A DNA stretch of 27,180 nt, filler included, from an uncultured virus (IMG/VR IMGVR_UViG_2061766007_000205) (2 parts of one record of this genome joined end to end with filler, not necessarily neighbours in it); one strand, 5' to 3'. Positions 18,625-26,180 are shown, numbered from the whole stretch's first letter. The notes: a model not told the origin generated them from the letters alone. Translations and numbers: made by a program.

Positions 18625-18905
18625 TGGATAAAGCGTTATATTTAGACGTTGAAATATCAACACCGAAACAACTTGATATAGGGATAGACGACAACGCAGA
18701 GTCATTATCGTTTACCATTGACGGACAGTCAGGCGGCAGATTACCGTGGTATGAAGGTGATTATGTCGTAGACCCACGGAAAGTAGAACAAGTGCTTGCA
18801 ACAAAGCACAAGAGTATGAGGGATGATGTAACAGTCAATCCCATTTTTTATGCAGAAACAAGTAACCCTAGCGGAGGGTTAACCGCAGTTATCGGTTTAG
18901 AATAG
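18624..18905 (+). CDS. Tail accessory protein
   Basis: TAATG-coupled; C-terminal YAETSNPSGGLTAVIG motif shared with the next gene. Confidence 0.55.
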   Translation: MDKALYLDVEISTPKQLDIGIDDNAESLSFTIDGQSGGRLPWYEGDYVVDPRKVEQVLATKHKSMRDDVTVNPIFYAETSNPSGGLTAVIGLE

Positions 18906-18921
18906 AAAGGAGAACAGAAAA

Positions 18922-19524
18922 ATGGCAAGTAACCCCTATGTAAACAAAGTAGTGTTTGGCAACACAGTAGTAATGGATATATCCGATACTACCGCCGACC
19001 CGTCAAAAGTCTTGGCAAGCGAGAAGTTTTATGATCGTTCCGGCGCACCGCAGACAGGAACGTGTACTTTTGATGCCGACACTTCAGATGCAAATGCTAC
19101 AGCAGCAGAGATACTCGACACAAAGACCGCATATGTCAATGGTATAAAACTCACAGGCTCAATGCCAAATCGCGGATCGGTAACGGGTAACATCACGACT
19201 AAAGCACAGCAGGTCGCTATTCAGAACGGCTATCACGATGGGTCGGGGTATGTCGAGATCGATTCAACCGAACAGGCGAAGATCATAGCAAACAACATCA
19301 AGGACGGTGTTACTATCCTCGGTGTTCTCGGAACATATACGGGCGAAGGTGTTACCGCACAGACAAAGAATGCTACACCTTATACAACCGCACAGACTAT
19401 CCTTCCTGATGCCGGGTATGATTACCTTGCCGAAGTAGACATTGCCGCGATTTCCTATGTTGAAACAGACAATGCTCAAGGAGGAAAGACTTGCACGATC
19501 GGATCGATAGCACCTTCACCGTAA
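18922..19524 (+). CDS. Tail fibre-associated structural protein
   Basis: DTSDANATAAEILDTKTAYVNG and IQNGYHDGSG motifs; N-terminus paralogous to 21803 protein; SD AAAGGAG. Confidence 0.65.
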   Translation: MASNPYVNKVVFGNTVVMDISDTTADPSKVLASEKFYDRSGAPQTGTCTFDADTSDANATAAEILDTKTAYVNGIKLTGSMPNRGSVTGNITTKAQQVAIQNGYHDGSGYVEIDSTEQAKIIANNIKDGVTILGVLGTYTGEGVTAQTKNATPYTTAQTILPDAGYDYLAEVDIAAISYVETDNAQGGKTCTIGSIAPSP

Positions 19525-19559
19525 AAACAGTTGACGATAAAAATATAGTTTGTTATGTA
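19523..19559 (+). promoter_or_regulatory. Putative lysis promoter: TTGACG-N17-TATGTA
   Basis: -35 at 19531-19536, TG at 19551-19552, -10-like 19554-19559; matches the 1174-1210 motif. Confidence 0.5.
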
Positions 19560-19561
19560 AC

Positions 19562-19587
19562 GGGGATGAAATAAACATCCCCTTTTT
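19562..19587 (+). terminator. Intrinsic terminator ending the tail operon
   Basis: GGGGATG-AAATAAA-CATCCCC followed by T5. Confidence 0.75.
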
Positions 19588-19603
19588 CGTGAAAGGAGTA
19601 GAT

Positions 19604-19828
19604 ATGGAAAATATATTCTCATCGAAACTCTATGATTGGCTCAAGTGGATCTCGGTTATCTGTTTGCCCGCCGTCTCAACCTTCATCGTGGTTATCTCGA
19701 AAATATGGGGATGGGCAGACCTCGGAAGTATGATAGCGCAGACCGTAACAGCGGTCGGTGTACTTCTTGGTGCGTTGCTCGGTATATCGCATATACAGTA
19801 CAAGAACAGTACGGAGAATAAAGAATGA
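19604..19828 (+). CDS. Holin (Dp-1 family-like)
   Basis: 74 aa; KLYDWLKWISVICLPA...LLGALLGIS; two hydrophobic segments; SD AAAGGAG; precedes the endolysin. Confidence 0.85.
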   Translation: MENIFSSKLYDWLKWISVICLPAVSTFIVVISKIWGWADLGSMIAQTVTAVGVLLGALLGISHIQYKNSTENKE

Positions 19829-20970
19829 ATACCCCGGATAAAGTATTAGCGATAGCGGCTGATGAAGTCGGATATCTCGAAAAATCAAAAGCTGCATATG
19901 AGGCTGATATTAACATCCTGTATAGCAAGACCGAAGGTGCAGGACAGGATAATATCACAATTTACAACAAGGAAATGCACGACATTTACCCGTCTGTGAT
20001 GGATTTTCCGGCGCCGTGGTGTGATGCGTTCGTTGATTGGTGCTTTTATAAGGCATACGGTGTATCAACGGCAAAGAGCATGATAGGCGGTGACTTTGAT
20101 GATTACACTGTCCAAAGTGCGCAACTGTATCAGAAGAAGGGTGCATGGTACTCAATACCTGAAGTCGGCGATCAGATTTTCTTTAAGAACGACACTCGGA
20201 TATGCCACACAGGACTTGTAGAAAAAGTCGAAGGTGGCAAGGTCTATACCATTGAGGGCAACACGAGCGACAAAAACGTGCTTGAGCCGAACGGTGGATG
20301 TGTAGCACGAAAGAGTTATCCCCTTTATTACAATAAAATAGCGGGTTACGGCAGACCCTTGTACGACACGGAAGAAAGCGTCACAAGGTATATTCAGGGT
20401 ATTGACGTAAATGAGGCACAAGGCGAGATAGACTTTGCGGCTGTTAAAGAGGCAGGAATAGAGTTTGTCTGCATGAGGTCAACACGAAAGAGCGGAAAGA
20501 CGGACGCATTTTTCGAGAGAAACCTTGCAGAATGTATTGACAAACACCTTGACTATTCCTGCTTTAAGTATGCTTATGCCAAAACCCATGATGCAGCAAG
20601 GATTGAAGCTGACGGAGTTATCAATCTGCTTGGCGACCGCAAAATGAAGATATGGTATGACCTTGAGGATAATTCCCTTGTATCACTTGGAAAAGACGGT
20701 ATCGAAGGTATCACACTTGCATTTATCGGAGAGTGCAAAGAGGCCGGATTTGATTGCGGGATTTATTGTAACAAAGTATGGTATGACAATTACATCAGCG
20801 ACTACTTGAAAAAGCGTTTTGATTTTTGGATTGCCAGATACGGAAAAAATAACGGCGAGATCATGGAACTGTATAAACCCAAAGGGAAAAATGTAGTTGC
20901 ATGGCAATACACGTCAAAGGGTCATGTTCCCGGTATCAATGGCAATGTAGATCGTGATGTTTTATTGTAA
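19825..20970 (+). CDS. Endolysin, CHAP + GH25 muramidase
   Basis: PWCDAFVDW and HTGLV...TIEGNT (CHAP); GIDV, YDLED and WQYTSKGHVPGINGNVD (GH25). Confidence 0.9.
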   Translation: MNTPDKVLAIAADEVGYLEKSKAAYEADINILYSKTEGAGQDNITIYNKEMHDIYPSVMDFPAPWCDAFVDWCFYKAYGVSTAKSMIGGDFDDYTVQSAQLYQKKGAWYSIPEVGDQIFFKNDTRICHTGLVEKVEGGKVYTIEGNTSDKNVLEPNGGCVARKSYPLYYNKIAGYGRPLYDTEESVTRYIQGIDVNEAQGEIDFAAVKEAGIEFVCMRSTRKSGKTDAFFERNLAECIDKHLDYSCFKYAYAKTHDAARIEADGVINLLGDRKMKIWYDLEDNSLVSLGKDGIEGITLAFIGECKEAGFDCGIYCNKVWYDNYISDYLKKRFDFWIARYGKNNGEIMELYKPKGKNVVAWQYTSKGHVPGINGNVDRDVLL

Positions 20971-21012
20971 AAATCCCTTGAAAGAATAGGGGTAGTTTGG
21001 TAGGTAAGAAGT

Positions 21013-21261
21013 ATGGATAGTGCAGTATTGGTGTCAATAATCACCGGGGTATTAACCCTCATAGGTGTGATAATAACGAACAGCGAGTCGAACCGTAAGA
21101 TTGAGCATAGGTTAGAAGTCAGTCAGGCAATAACAGATACAAAACTTGAGAACCTAACTCAAGAGGTACGGAAACAGACCGACTTTGCTATGCACATTCC
21201 TGTTCTCGAACAGAGGGTATCGGTGTGTGAAAGCGACATCAAGGTATTGAAGAATGGATAA
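21013..21261 (+). CDS. Small membrane-anchored coiled-coil protein (holin-like/lysis accessory)
   Basis: N-terminal TM segment VLVSIITGVLTLIGVII followed by a coiled coil. Confidence 0.65.
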   Translation: MDSAVLVSIITGVLTLIGVIITNSESNRKIEHRLEVSQAITDTKLENLTQEVRKQTDFAMHIPVLEQRVSVCESDIKVLKNG

Positions 21262-21508
21262 AGTAGTAAGTTACTTTGAACATGAAGAGGTCATGATCCG
21301 TATGGAGCGTGGGAACAGGCGGTTATGGGTGCTTTGCATCATCCTTATAATCGCTTTACTTGTGACTAATGGTTGGTGGATATATCAGGAAAGCAAGTAT
21401 GAGGATGTTGTTACTACAGTTACACAGGAATTAGACGCAGATGGTGACGCGACCATCAATGATGGAGTACATATAAATGGCGAGGGTAAAACAGACAGTA
21501 ACTATTAA
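21254..21508 (+). CDS. Single-TM membrane protein
   Basis: HEEVMIRMERGNRRLWVLCIILIIALLVTNG; homologous to the 25843 and 26181 proteins. Confidence 0.75.
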   Translation: MDKVVSYFEHEEVMIRMERGNRRLWVLCIILIIALLVTNGWWIYQESKYEDVVTTVTQELDADGDATINDGVHINGEGKTDSNY

Positions 21509-21599
21509 AACCCGAAGGGCGAAAGTGCCAAAGGACAGTATTCAGTGTAACGTATGCAAGGGCAAGGGTTATATAAAGAATTGGCACAAAAAGAAGTAG
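21477..21599 (+). CDS. 40-aa basic microprotein with CxxCxGxG motif (not in ORF track)
   Basis: MARVKQTVTIKTRRAKVPKDSIQCNVCKGKGYIKNWHKKK; GGAG SD at 21464-21467; syntenic homolog at 26066. Confidence 0.7.
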   Translation: MARVKQTVTIKTRRAKVPKDSIQCNVCKGKGYIKNWHKKK

Positions 21600-21790
21600 A
21601 ATACTCGAATATAGACATAGGCTTGATTATAGACGAGTATATACATTCCGAACGTGATAGGCAAATTCTGAAAAGACGATTCTGTGACAACATTCACTTT
21701 GAACCCCTTGCCGAAGAATTTGAATTGTCTGTGTCGCAGGTTAAGCGCATAGTCTATAAACACGAGTCCAAAATATTCAAGCGGATATAA
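21554..21790 (+). CDS. Small sigma70 region-4-like HTH protein (start uncertain)
   Basis: IDEYIHSERDRQILKRRF...FEPLAEEFELSVSQVKRIVYK HTH pattern. Confidence 0.7.
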   Translation: MQGQGLYKELAQKEVEYSNIDIGLIIDEYIHSERDRQILKRRFCDNIHFEPLAEEFELSVSQVKRIVYKHESKIFKRI

Positions 21791-21802
21791 GAGGAAGGGA
21801 AA

Positions 21803-22744
21803 ATGGCAAACAATCCTTATGTGAACAAGGTTGTATATGGCAATGATGTTGTCATAGATATAACGGACACAACGGCTGAACCTGAAGATGTGGCTGAAGG
21901 TGAAGTGTTTTATACGAAATCCGGCGCTCCTTCTGTCGGCACAGGTAACTATTACAGTCCGAACGATACGGCTGAAACGGACATACAAGACGGTGACTAC
22001 TTCCCGTTTTTCGATATATCAGCAGGAACGTCCGGGGCGAAGAGGAAAACCCTGTGGAGCAATATCAAAAACAAGCTGCGGTCATATTTTACGGGATATT
22101 ACGTCATTGAGTTGACCTACGCGCAGTATCAGGCATTGTCTACGGCTGAAAAGAACGATCCCGACAAGGTATATTACGTTAATGATTATGCGTCTCATGC
22201 GACTTATGTTGAACTTGACGATACCACAACGGCGGTTGATAAGGTGTGGAGTTCAAGCAAAGTGCAGAGCGTATTGAGTCATGTAGGTATGGTAATTCAA
22301 TCAACTACGCTCGATACTGAAGCCAAAGTAAAAGCTGTTTACGGCGGTACAACATGGATTCAGTTAAGTGGTTATGTATTGCGCGGCGCTACTCAAGATG
22401 TAACACCAAATCAGAACCTAAACGATGGTGGTGCTGACAGCGTAACAGTATCAAGTGTTGCAAGTCATAATCATACGCAGAACGCTCATAATCATACACA
22501 GAACGCGCACAAACACGATCTTCCTAGATTAAACGGTATCGCGGGTATATCAAGTGCTAAAGCAAGTACATCATCTTCGGTTGATTATAAAATAAACCAA
22601 AGCACGGGTTATGCAAGTGAGATAAACGAGGCAACAGCGACCAACAACAGCGCAACCGCCACTAATAATGCGAACGGCGCGAATTATACAGTAAACACCC
22701 TTCCGAAATACAAGAATGTCTATATTTGGGAGAGGACAGCATAA
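21803..22744 (+). CDS. Tail fibre protein with collar/gp10-like C-terminal domain
   Basis: N-terminus shared with 18922; LTYAQYQAL...VYYV motif; VGMVIQST...GGTTW; HxH repeats; NTLPKYKNVYIWERTA end. Confidence 0.75.
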   Translation: MANNPYVNKVVYGNDVVIDITDTTAEPEDVAEGEVFYTKSGAPSVGTGNYYSPNDTAETDIQDGDYFPFFDISAGTSGAKRKTLWSNIKNKLRSYFTGYYVIELTYAQYQALSTAEKNDPDKVYYVNDYASHATYVELDDTTTAVDKVWSSSKVQSVLSHVGMVIQSTTLDTEAKVKAVYGGTTWIQLSGYVLRGATQDVTPNQNLNDGGADSVTVSSVASHNHTQNAHNHTQNAHKHDLPRLNGIAGISSAKASTSSSVDYKINQSTGYASEINEATATNNSATATNNANGANYTVNTLPKYKNVYIWERTA

Positions 22745-22761
22745 GGAGAGGAGAAAGCAAA

Positions 22762-23121
22762 ATGAATGTGTTTTATCTGAAATTAAACGGGGCAAAGGTA
22801 TATGTGGACTCTGACATTGTAGCAGAAGAGGGAAAAGTCACATTACATCTCACCGATATGACGGATGCAAATGAGATCAAGACAGCGTTCAATAACCTTC
22901 CTGACCTCACTATATATTCTGCGATTAAGCAGGAGGACGGACGCGAGACAGACGAGATAGTATATCAGTATTTCAACAACATCACGAAACTCGACAAGAT
23001 CATATACAGCACAACATCCGAAAAGTATTCGGTGATTATTGTAGAACCGAACGAACTTGAGGAACGCTTAACGGAGGCCGAGGATGTAATAAACTTCTTG
23101 CTTATGGGAGGTAGAGAATAA
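22762..23121 (+). CDS. Putative fibre assembly/chaperone protein
   Basis: SD GAGGAG; follows the fibre gene; ends LEERLTEAEDVINFLLMGG. Confidence 0.55.
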   Translation: MNVFYLKLNGAKVYVDSDIVAEEGKVTLHLTDMTDANEIKTAFNNLPDLTIYSAIKQEDGRETDEIVYQYFNNITKLDKIIYSTTSEKYSVIIVEPNELEERLTEAEDVINFLLMGGRE

Positions 23122-23231
23122 TGGCTAAATACCTTGCAAGTCAAATCAAAAAGGGAAAACTTGATTACGATGATGTTATCGCAAAGTACCCTCAATTCAA
23201 AGACGAGATAGACAGGCTTTTAGGAAGGTGA
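23121..23231 (+). CDS. 36-aa small protein (XkdX/CD1375-like position; not in ORF track)
   Basis: MAKYLASQIKKGKLDYDDVIAKYPQFKDEIDRLLGR; SD GGAGGT; TAATG overlap. Confidence 0.7.
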   Translation: MAKYLASQIKKGKLDYDDVIAKYPQFKDEIDRLLGR

Positions 23232-23235
23232 AACT

Positions 23236-24120
23236 ATGCCTAATATAATAGGTACTTTATTTCATAAAGATATACCATATGGCGGTGTAAAGGGCGACAA
23301 AGGAGATACGGGGGCAACACCCAACATATCGGCAACCGCATCTGTAAATGCTTCAACGGGAACACCGTCTGTTAATGTTGTAAAGACAGGAACGGCTGAA
23401 AACCCTAGCTTTGAGTTTGAGTTTGAAAACCTCAAGGGTGAAAAAGGCGACCCAGGTTCGGGCAGTTCTGTCAGTTGGGGTGAGATAGACGGTGATATAT
23501 CAGACCAGACCGACCTTATGGACGAGTTGGACGATAAAACAGACAATTCCGTTGTCGGCACTGTGGAAAGTGGCTCAACCGCATCGAAAGCATACACTGT
23601 CGGGGAACACTTTATCCGTGACGGTGCGTTCTGCACAGCTATAGCCGCCATTGCACAGGGAGCGACTTTTACACTGAATACGAATTATACGGCAGAATCT
23701 ATCGCAGACGTTTGTAAAACTCTGCTGACCGCTATAAATCAGTTATCTGGAAGTCTTGCGACAGTGGCAACTACAGGCAGTTACAGTGATTTGACGGACG
23801 AGCCAACAAATAGGTCAGCGTCAAATGGAAGCACTACTGTATCACTATGTACGAGAGGTGAAAAATACACTTGGAACAACAAGGTGAATTTGAAATCGGC
23901 TACATTTAGTGGAACTACTGCGAGCGGTGGTGAAATAAAACTTTCAACATCTGCGCGTCATGTAATAGATGTTAAGTACTCACAATCGGGAATATACGGA
24001 TATGCTTTTATTTACAGTGATGGAGCAACATGGGCGAAAGTGTTTAATGATAATACAGGAGCGCAGGTAGCAGGAAAAGCTGTAAGCGGAACATATTATT
24101 ACATAGATACGGGTGTTTAA
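23236..24120 (+). CDS. Collagen-motif tail fibre protein
   Basis: GVKGDKGDTGAT and GEKGDPGSG triplets; WGEIDGDISDQTDL; ASKAYTVGEHFIRDG; LATVATTGSYSDL. Confidence 0.75.
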   Translation: MPNIIGTLFHKDIPYGGVKGDKGDTGATPNISATASVNASTGTPSVNVVKTGTAENPSFEFEFENLKGEKGDPGSGSSVSWGEIDGDISDQTDLMDELDDKTDNSVVGTVESGSTASKAYTVGEHFIRDGAFCTAIAAIAQGATFTLNTNYTAESIADVCKTLLTAINQLSGSLATVATTGSYSDLTDEPTNRSASNGSTTVSLCTRGEKYTWNNKVNLKSATFSGTTASGGEIKLSTSARHVIDVKYSQSGIYGYAFIYSDGATWAKVFNDNTGAQVAGKAVSGTYYYIDTGV

Positions 24121-24135
24121 TCACAGGAGAACACA

Positions 24136-24171
24136 ATGGGAGCAATATATCATAAGGAGGAAAAACAATGA
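24136..24171 (+). pseudogene. 11-codon mini-ORF, possible remnant of a deleted fibre gene
   Basis: SD AGGAG; MGAIYHKEEKQ resembles GTLFHKD at the N-terminus of 23236; ATGA overlap with the next gene. Confidence 0.35.
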
Positions 24172-24398
24172 AATTATCATTAGTAACTTGCACAGACGGA
24201 ACTTATATGTTGAGGAGCGAACACGGCACGAGAGATGGTGCGCTCATGGCTTATGACGACCTGCATAAAGCACTCGTAGGCGACACTGACATGAAGTACG
24301 GTGTAATCGCAATTCTCGATGAGAACCTTGACTGCTTTGAGGGCAGGAAGGACACGATTACGCATCCCGTGCCGGAGACATCAAATAACACAGAATGA
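24168..24398 (+). CDS. Hypothetical protein
   Basis: 76 aa; strong SD AAGGAGG. Confidence 0.65.
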   Translation: MKLSLVTCTDGTYMLRSEHGTRDGALMAYDDLHKALVGDTDMKYGVIAILDENLDCFEGRKDTITHPVPETSNNTE

Positions 24399-24582
24399 GT
24401 AAGGAGAGCGATATGAACACAGGTGGTAGTGAATTATTCTGATATTAGCCGTGTCGTGGCGGTTGATATATCTTTTCAAAAGCATTAAGACAGTCCGGGA
24501 TCTTTAGGGTAGAACAAATGACATACCTTCCATGAGGAGATTGCCAAATGGAAAAGTTATGGGTGGTACGGCGACCTTATGC

Positions 24583-24602
24583 CGAAAATGATACGAAAAT
24601 GA
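24583..24602 (+). repeat. Direct repeat CGAAAATGA x2, 11-bp period (putative regulator site)
   Basis: Copies at 24583-24591 and 24594-24602; TATACT at 24639-24644. Confidence 0.55.
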
Positions 24603-24611
24603 CACTTTTAT

Positions 24612-24639
24612 GGCCTCGAAATATCGGGGTCTTTTTTTT
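24612..24639 (+). terminator. Intrinsic terminator ending the late block
   Basis: GGCCTCGA-AATA-TCGGGGTC followed by T8. Confidence 0.75.
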
Positions 24640-24663
24640 ATACTCAAAAAAGGAGATGAGAAT

Positions 24664-24807
24664 ATGGACGTAAACAAATTGTTTCACATAGTAATAGAGG
24701 ATGAGGAGATAAAGGACATACCGATTTTGTATGTCTTTGCTGTTATAAACAGTGTGATTGAGGCAATCAATTCCGGCGAGTGTTTCTATCAGACGGAGCA
24801 TGAATGA
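24664..24807 (+). CDS. Hypothetical 47-aa acidic protein
   Basis: SD AAAGGAG before ATG 24664; ATGA-coupled to the next gene. Confidence 0.6.
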   Translation: MDVNKLFHIVIEDEEIKDIPILYVFAVINSVIEAINSGECFYQTEHE

Positions 24808-25184
24808 TGTTTAGTGAGTTAAACATAAACCCCTTGCGGAAGAATACGGGTGATTGCGTTATAAGGGCAATCGGGACAGTGACAGATCGTGATTGGGATG
24901 ATACATATCTTGACCTGACTGTAAAAGGTTTTGACATGAAAGAAATGCCCTCAATGAACAATGTGTGGGGAGCATATTTGCGGGATATGGGATTTTCAAG
25001 GCACATCATACCCGACACCTGCCCTGATTGTTATACGGTCGAGGATTTCACAAAAGATCATCCGAGGGGAAGATATATACTCGGAACAGGAACACACGTC
25101 ATAGCGGTTATAGATGGAAATTACTATGATACGTGGGAAAGTGGGGAAGAGATACCCATATACTATTTTGAAAAGGAGAAATAA
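24804..25184 (+). CDS. Phage protein with possible papain-like Cys/His/Asp triad
   Basis: NP...GDCVIRAI, THVIAVIDG and YYDTWESG motifs. Confidence 0.6.
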   Translation: MMFSELNINPLRKNTGDCVIRAIGTVTDRDWDDTYLDLTVKGFDMKEMPSMNNVWGAYLRDMGFSRHIIPDTCPDCYTVEDFTKDHPRGRYILGTGTHVIAVIDGNYYDTWESGEEIPIYYFEKEK

Positions 25185-25186
25185 GC

Positions 25187-25333
25187 ATGGCATACCCTTA
25201 TTCTTATCAGCAGAGTTATCCAACTCAATCTAATAGCTTTCCAACGCAACCCAACGCTTATCCAACACAAATGAACATTAACCCAACGCAGATGAGCGTT
25301 AACCCGGCACAGCAGCAACCGCAATATCAAAGT
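25187..25333 (+). CDS. Gln/Asn/Pro/Tyr-rich protein N-terminus (truncated by gap)
   Basis: MAYPYSYQQSYPTQSNSFPTQPNAYPTQMNINPTQMSVNPAQQQPQYQS; SD AAGGAG; 7-aa PTQ periodicity. Confidence 0.65.
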
Positions 25334-25343
25334 NNNNNNNNNN

Positions 25344-25466
25344 GTGGTTAGAGAAATATCAAACAATGATTCGTCTTTGACAGTTGATAATGACGGTTAT
25401 CTTGTTTTTTCATGTACTAATGCTACCGTCAAAAACTCTCCCGCAACCATATATGGTTATAAATAA
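25344..25466 (+). CDS. C-terminal fragment of a beta-rich, possibly fibre-like protein (separate contig piece)
   Basis: VVREISNNDSSLTVDNDGYLVFSCTNATVKNSPATIYGYK*; composition unlike the ORF before the gap. Confidence 0.35.
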   Translation: MVREISNNDSSLTVDNDGYLVFSCTNATVKNSPATIYGYK

Positions 25467-25492
25467 TGCAAACAAAGATAACACTTCAGGCA

Positions 25493-25592
25493 NNNNNNNN
25501 NNNNNNNNNNNNNNNNNNNNNNNNNNNNNNNNNNNNTTAATTAATTAANNNNNNNNNNNNNNNNNNNNNNNNNNNNNNNNNNNNNNNNNNNN
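25493..25592. other. Artificial 100-nt contig linker N44-TTAATTAATTAA-N44
   Basis: Six-frame stop spacer symmetrically embedded in Ns. Confidence 0.95.
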
Positions 25593-25836
25593 AGAAAAGG
25601 TGTGGGATGAAGCGGTGCTGTTATCTGGGAAGGAACGGCAGGAGATAACCGATACATTCAATCACAGATTAGGAGAGCAAGATACCAAAATGGATCGAAC
25701 ATTAGAGTTAGTTGTTGAATTGACAAAAGCTATGAACATTCTGCTGAAATGCGAAGCTGAAAAGGGAGAGAATGAAGAGATAAAGAGTGCTTATACTTCA
25801 TTCAATACCTTTGTAGTAAACCACATCGGAAAGTAG
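25593..25836 (+). CDS. 5'-truncated coiled-coil protein (lysis-accessory position)
   Basis: Open frame from the gap; precedes the homolog of 21254. Confidence 0.5.
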
Positions 25837-25842
25837 GTAAGT

Positions 25843-26094
25843 ATGGAAAGATCAGTCGATATTTATGTGCATGAAGAGGATATGGCACGAATGGAGCGTT
25901 CAAATACAAGATCGCATTTTTTATGCCTTGTCTTATTGATAGTGCTTTTAGCCACTAATGGAGCGTGGCTGTATTACGAAAGTCAGTTTACGGATGTCAG
26001 CACAACCATTGAAGCACAGCAGGACGGTGCAGGATCAAACATTATAAGTGGTGGAGATATAACTTATGGGTCAGAGAGTGAAAATAACAACTAA
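25843..26094 (+). CDS. Single-TM membrane protein, homolog of 21254-21508
   Basis: HEEDMARMERSN...LLATNGAWLYYESQFTDV aligns with HEEVMIRMERGN...LLVTNGWWIYQESKYEDV. Confidence 0.75.
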   Translation: MERSVDIYVHEEDMARMERSNTRSHFLCLVLLIVLLATNGAWLYYESQFTDVSTTIEAQQDGAGSNIISGGDITYGSESENNN

Positions 26095-26154
26095 AATGAG
26101 AGTAAATAAGATGCACGTTGGGATGCACCCGTGTCCAAATTGCAAGGGTGTAGG
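26066..26154 (+). CDS. Basic CxxCxGxG microprotein homolog (truncated by gap)
   Basis: MGQRVKITTKMRVNKMHVGMHPCPNCKGV(G); GGAG SD; same overlap geometry as 21477. Confidence 0.65.
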
Positions 26155-26180
26155 NNNNNNNNNNCGGAAAGTAGGTAAGT

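Noticed and set aside
17387..24120. Diversity-generating retroelement acting on fibre genes
   Set aside because: No reverse transcriptase and no template/variable repeat pair differing at adenines seen in this window
24413..24507. Small hydrophobic toxin ORF
   Set aside because: The ATG with a good SD gives only 9 codons; the hydrophobic frame lacks a standard start codon
24458..24561. HDV-like/theta ribozyme
   Set aside because: Partly similar topology, but no P1.1 GG directly after P1 and no catalytic C in the J4/2 position
1..25333. Stop-codon reassignment
   Set aside because: Genes are full length and densely packed under the standard bacterial code; TAG, TGA and TAA all serve as stops
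397..25366. Minus-strand and nested alternative-frame ORFs in the ORF track
   Set aside because: They shadow well-supported + strand genes and lack recognisable motifs
25537..25548. Palindromic TTAATTAATTAA motif
   Set aside because: Artificial six-frame stop linker between contigs
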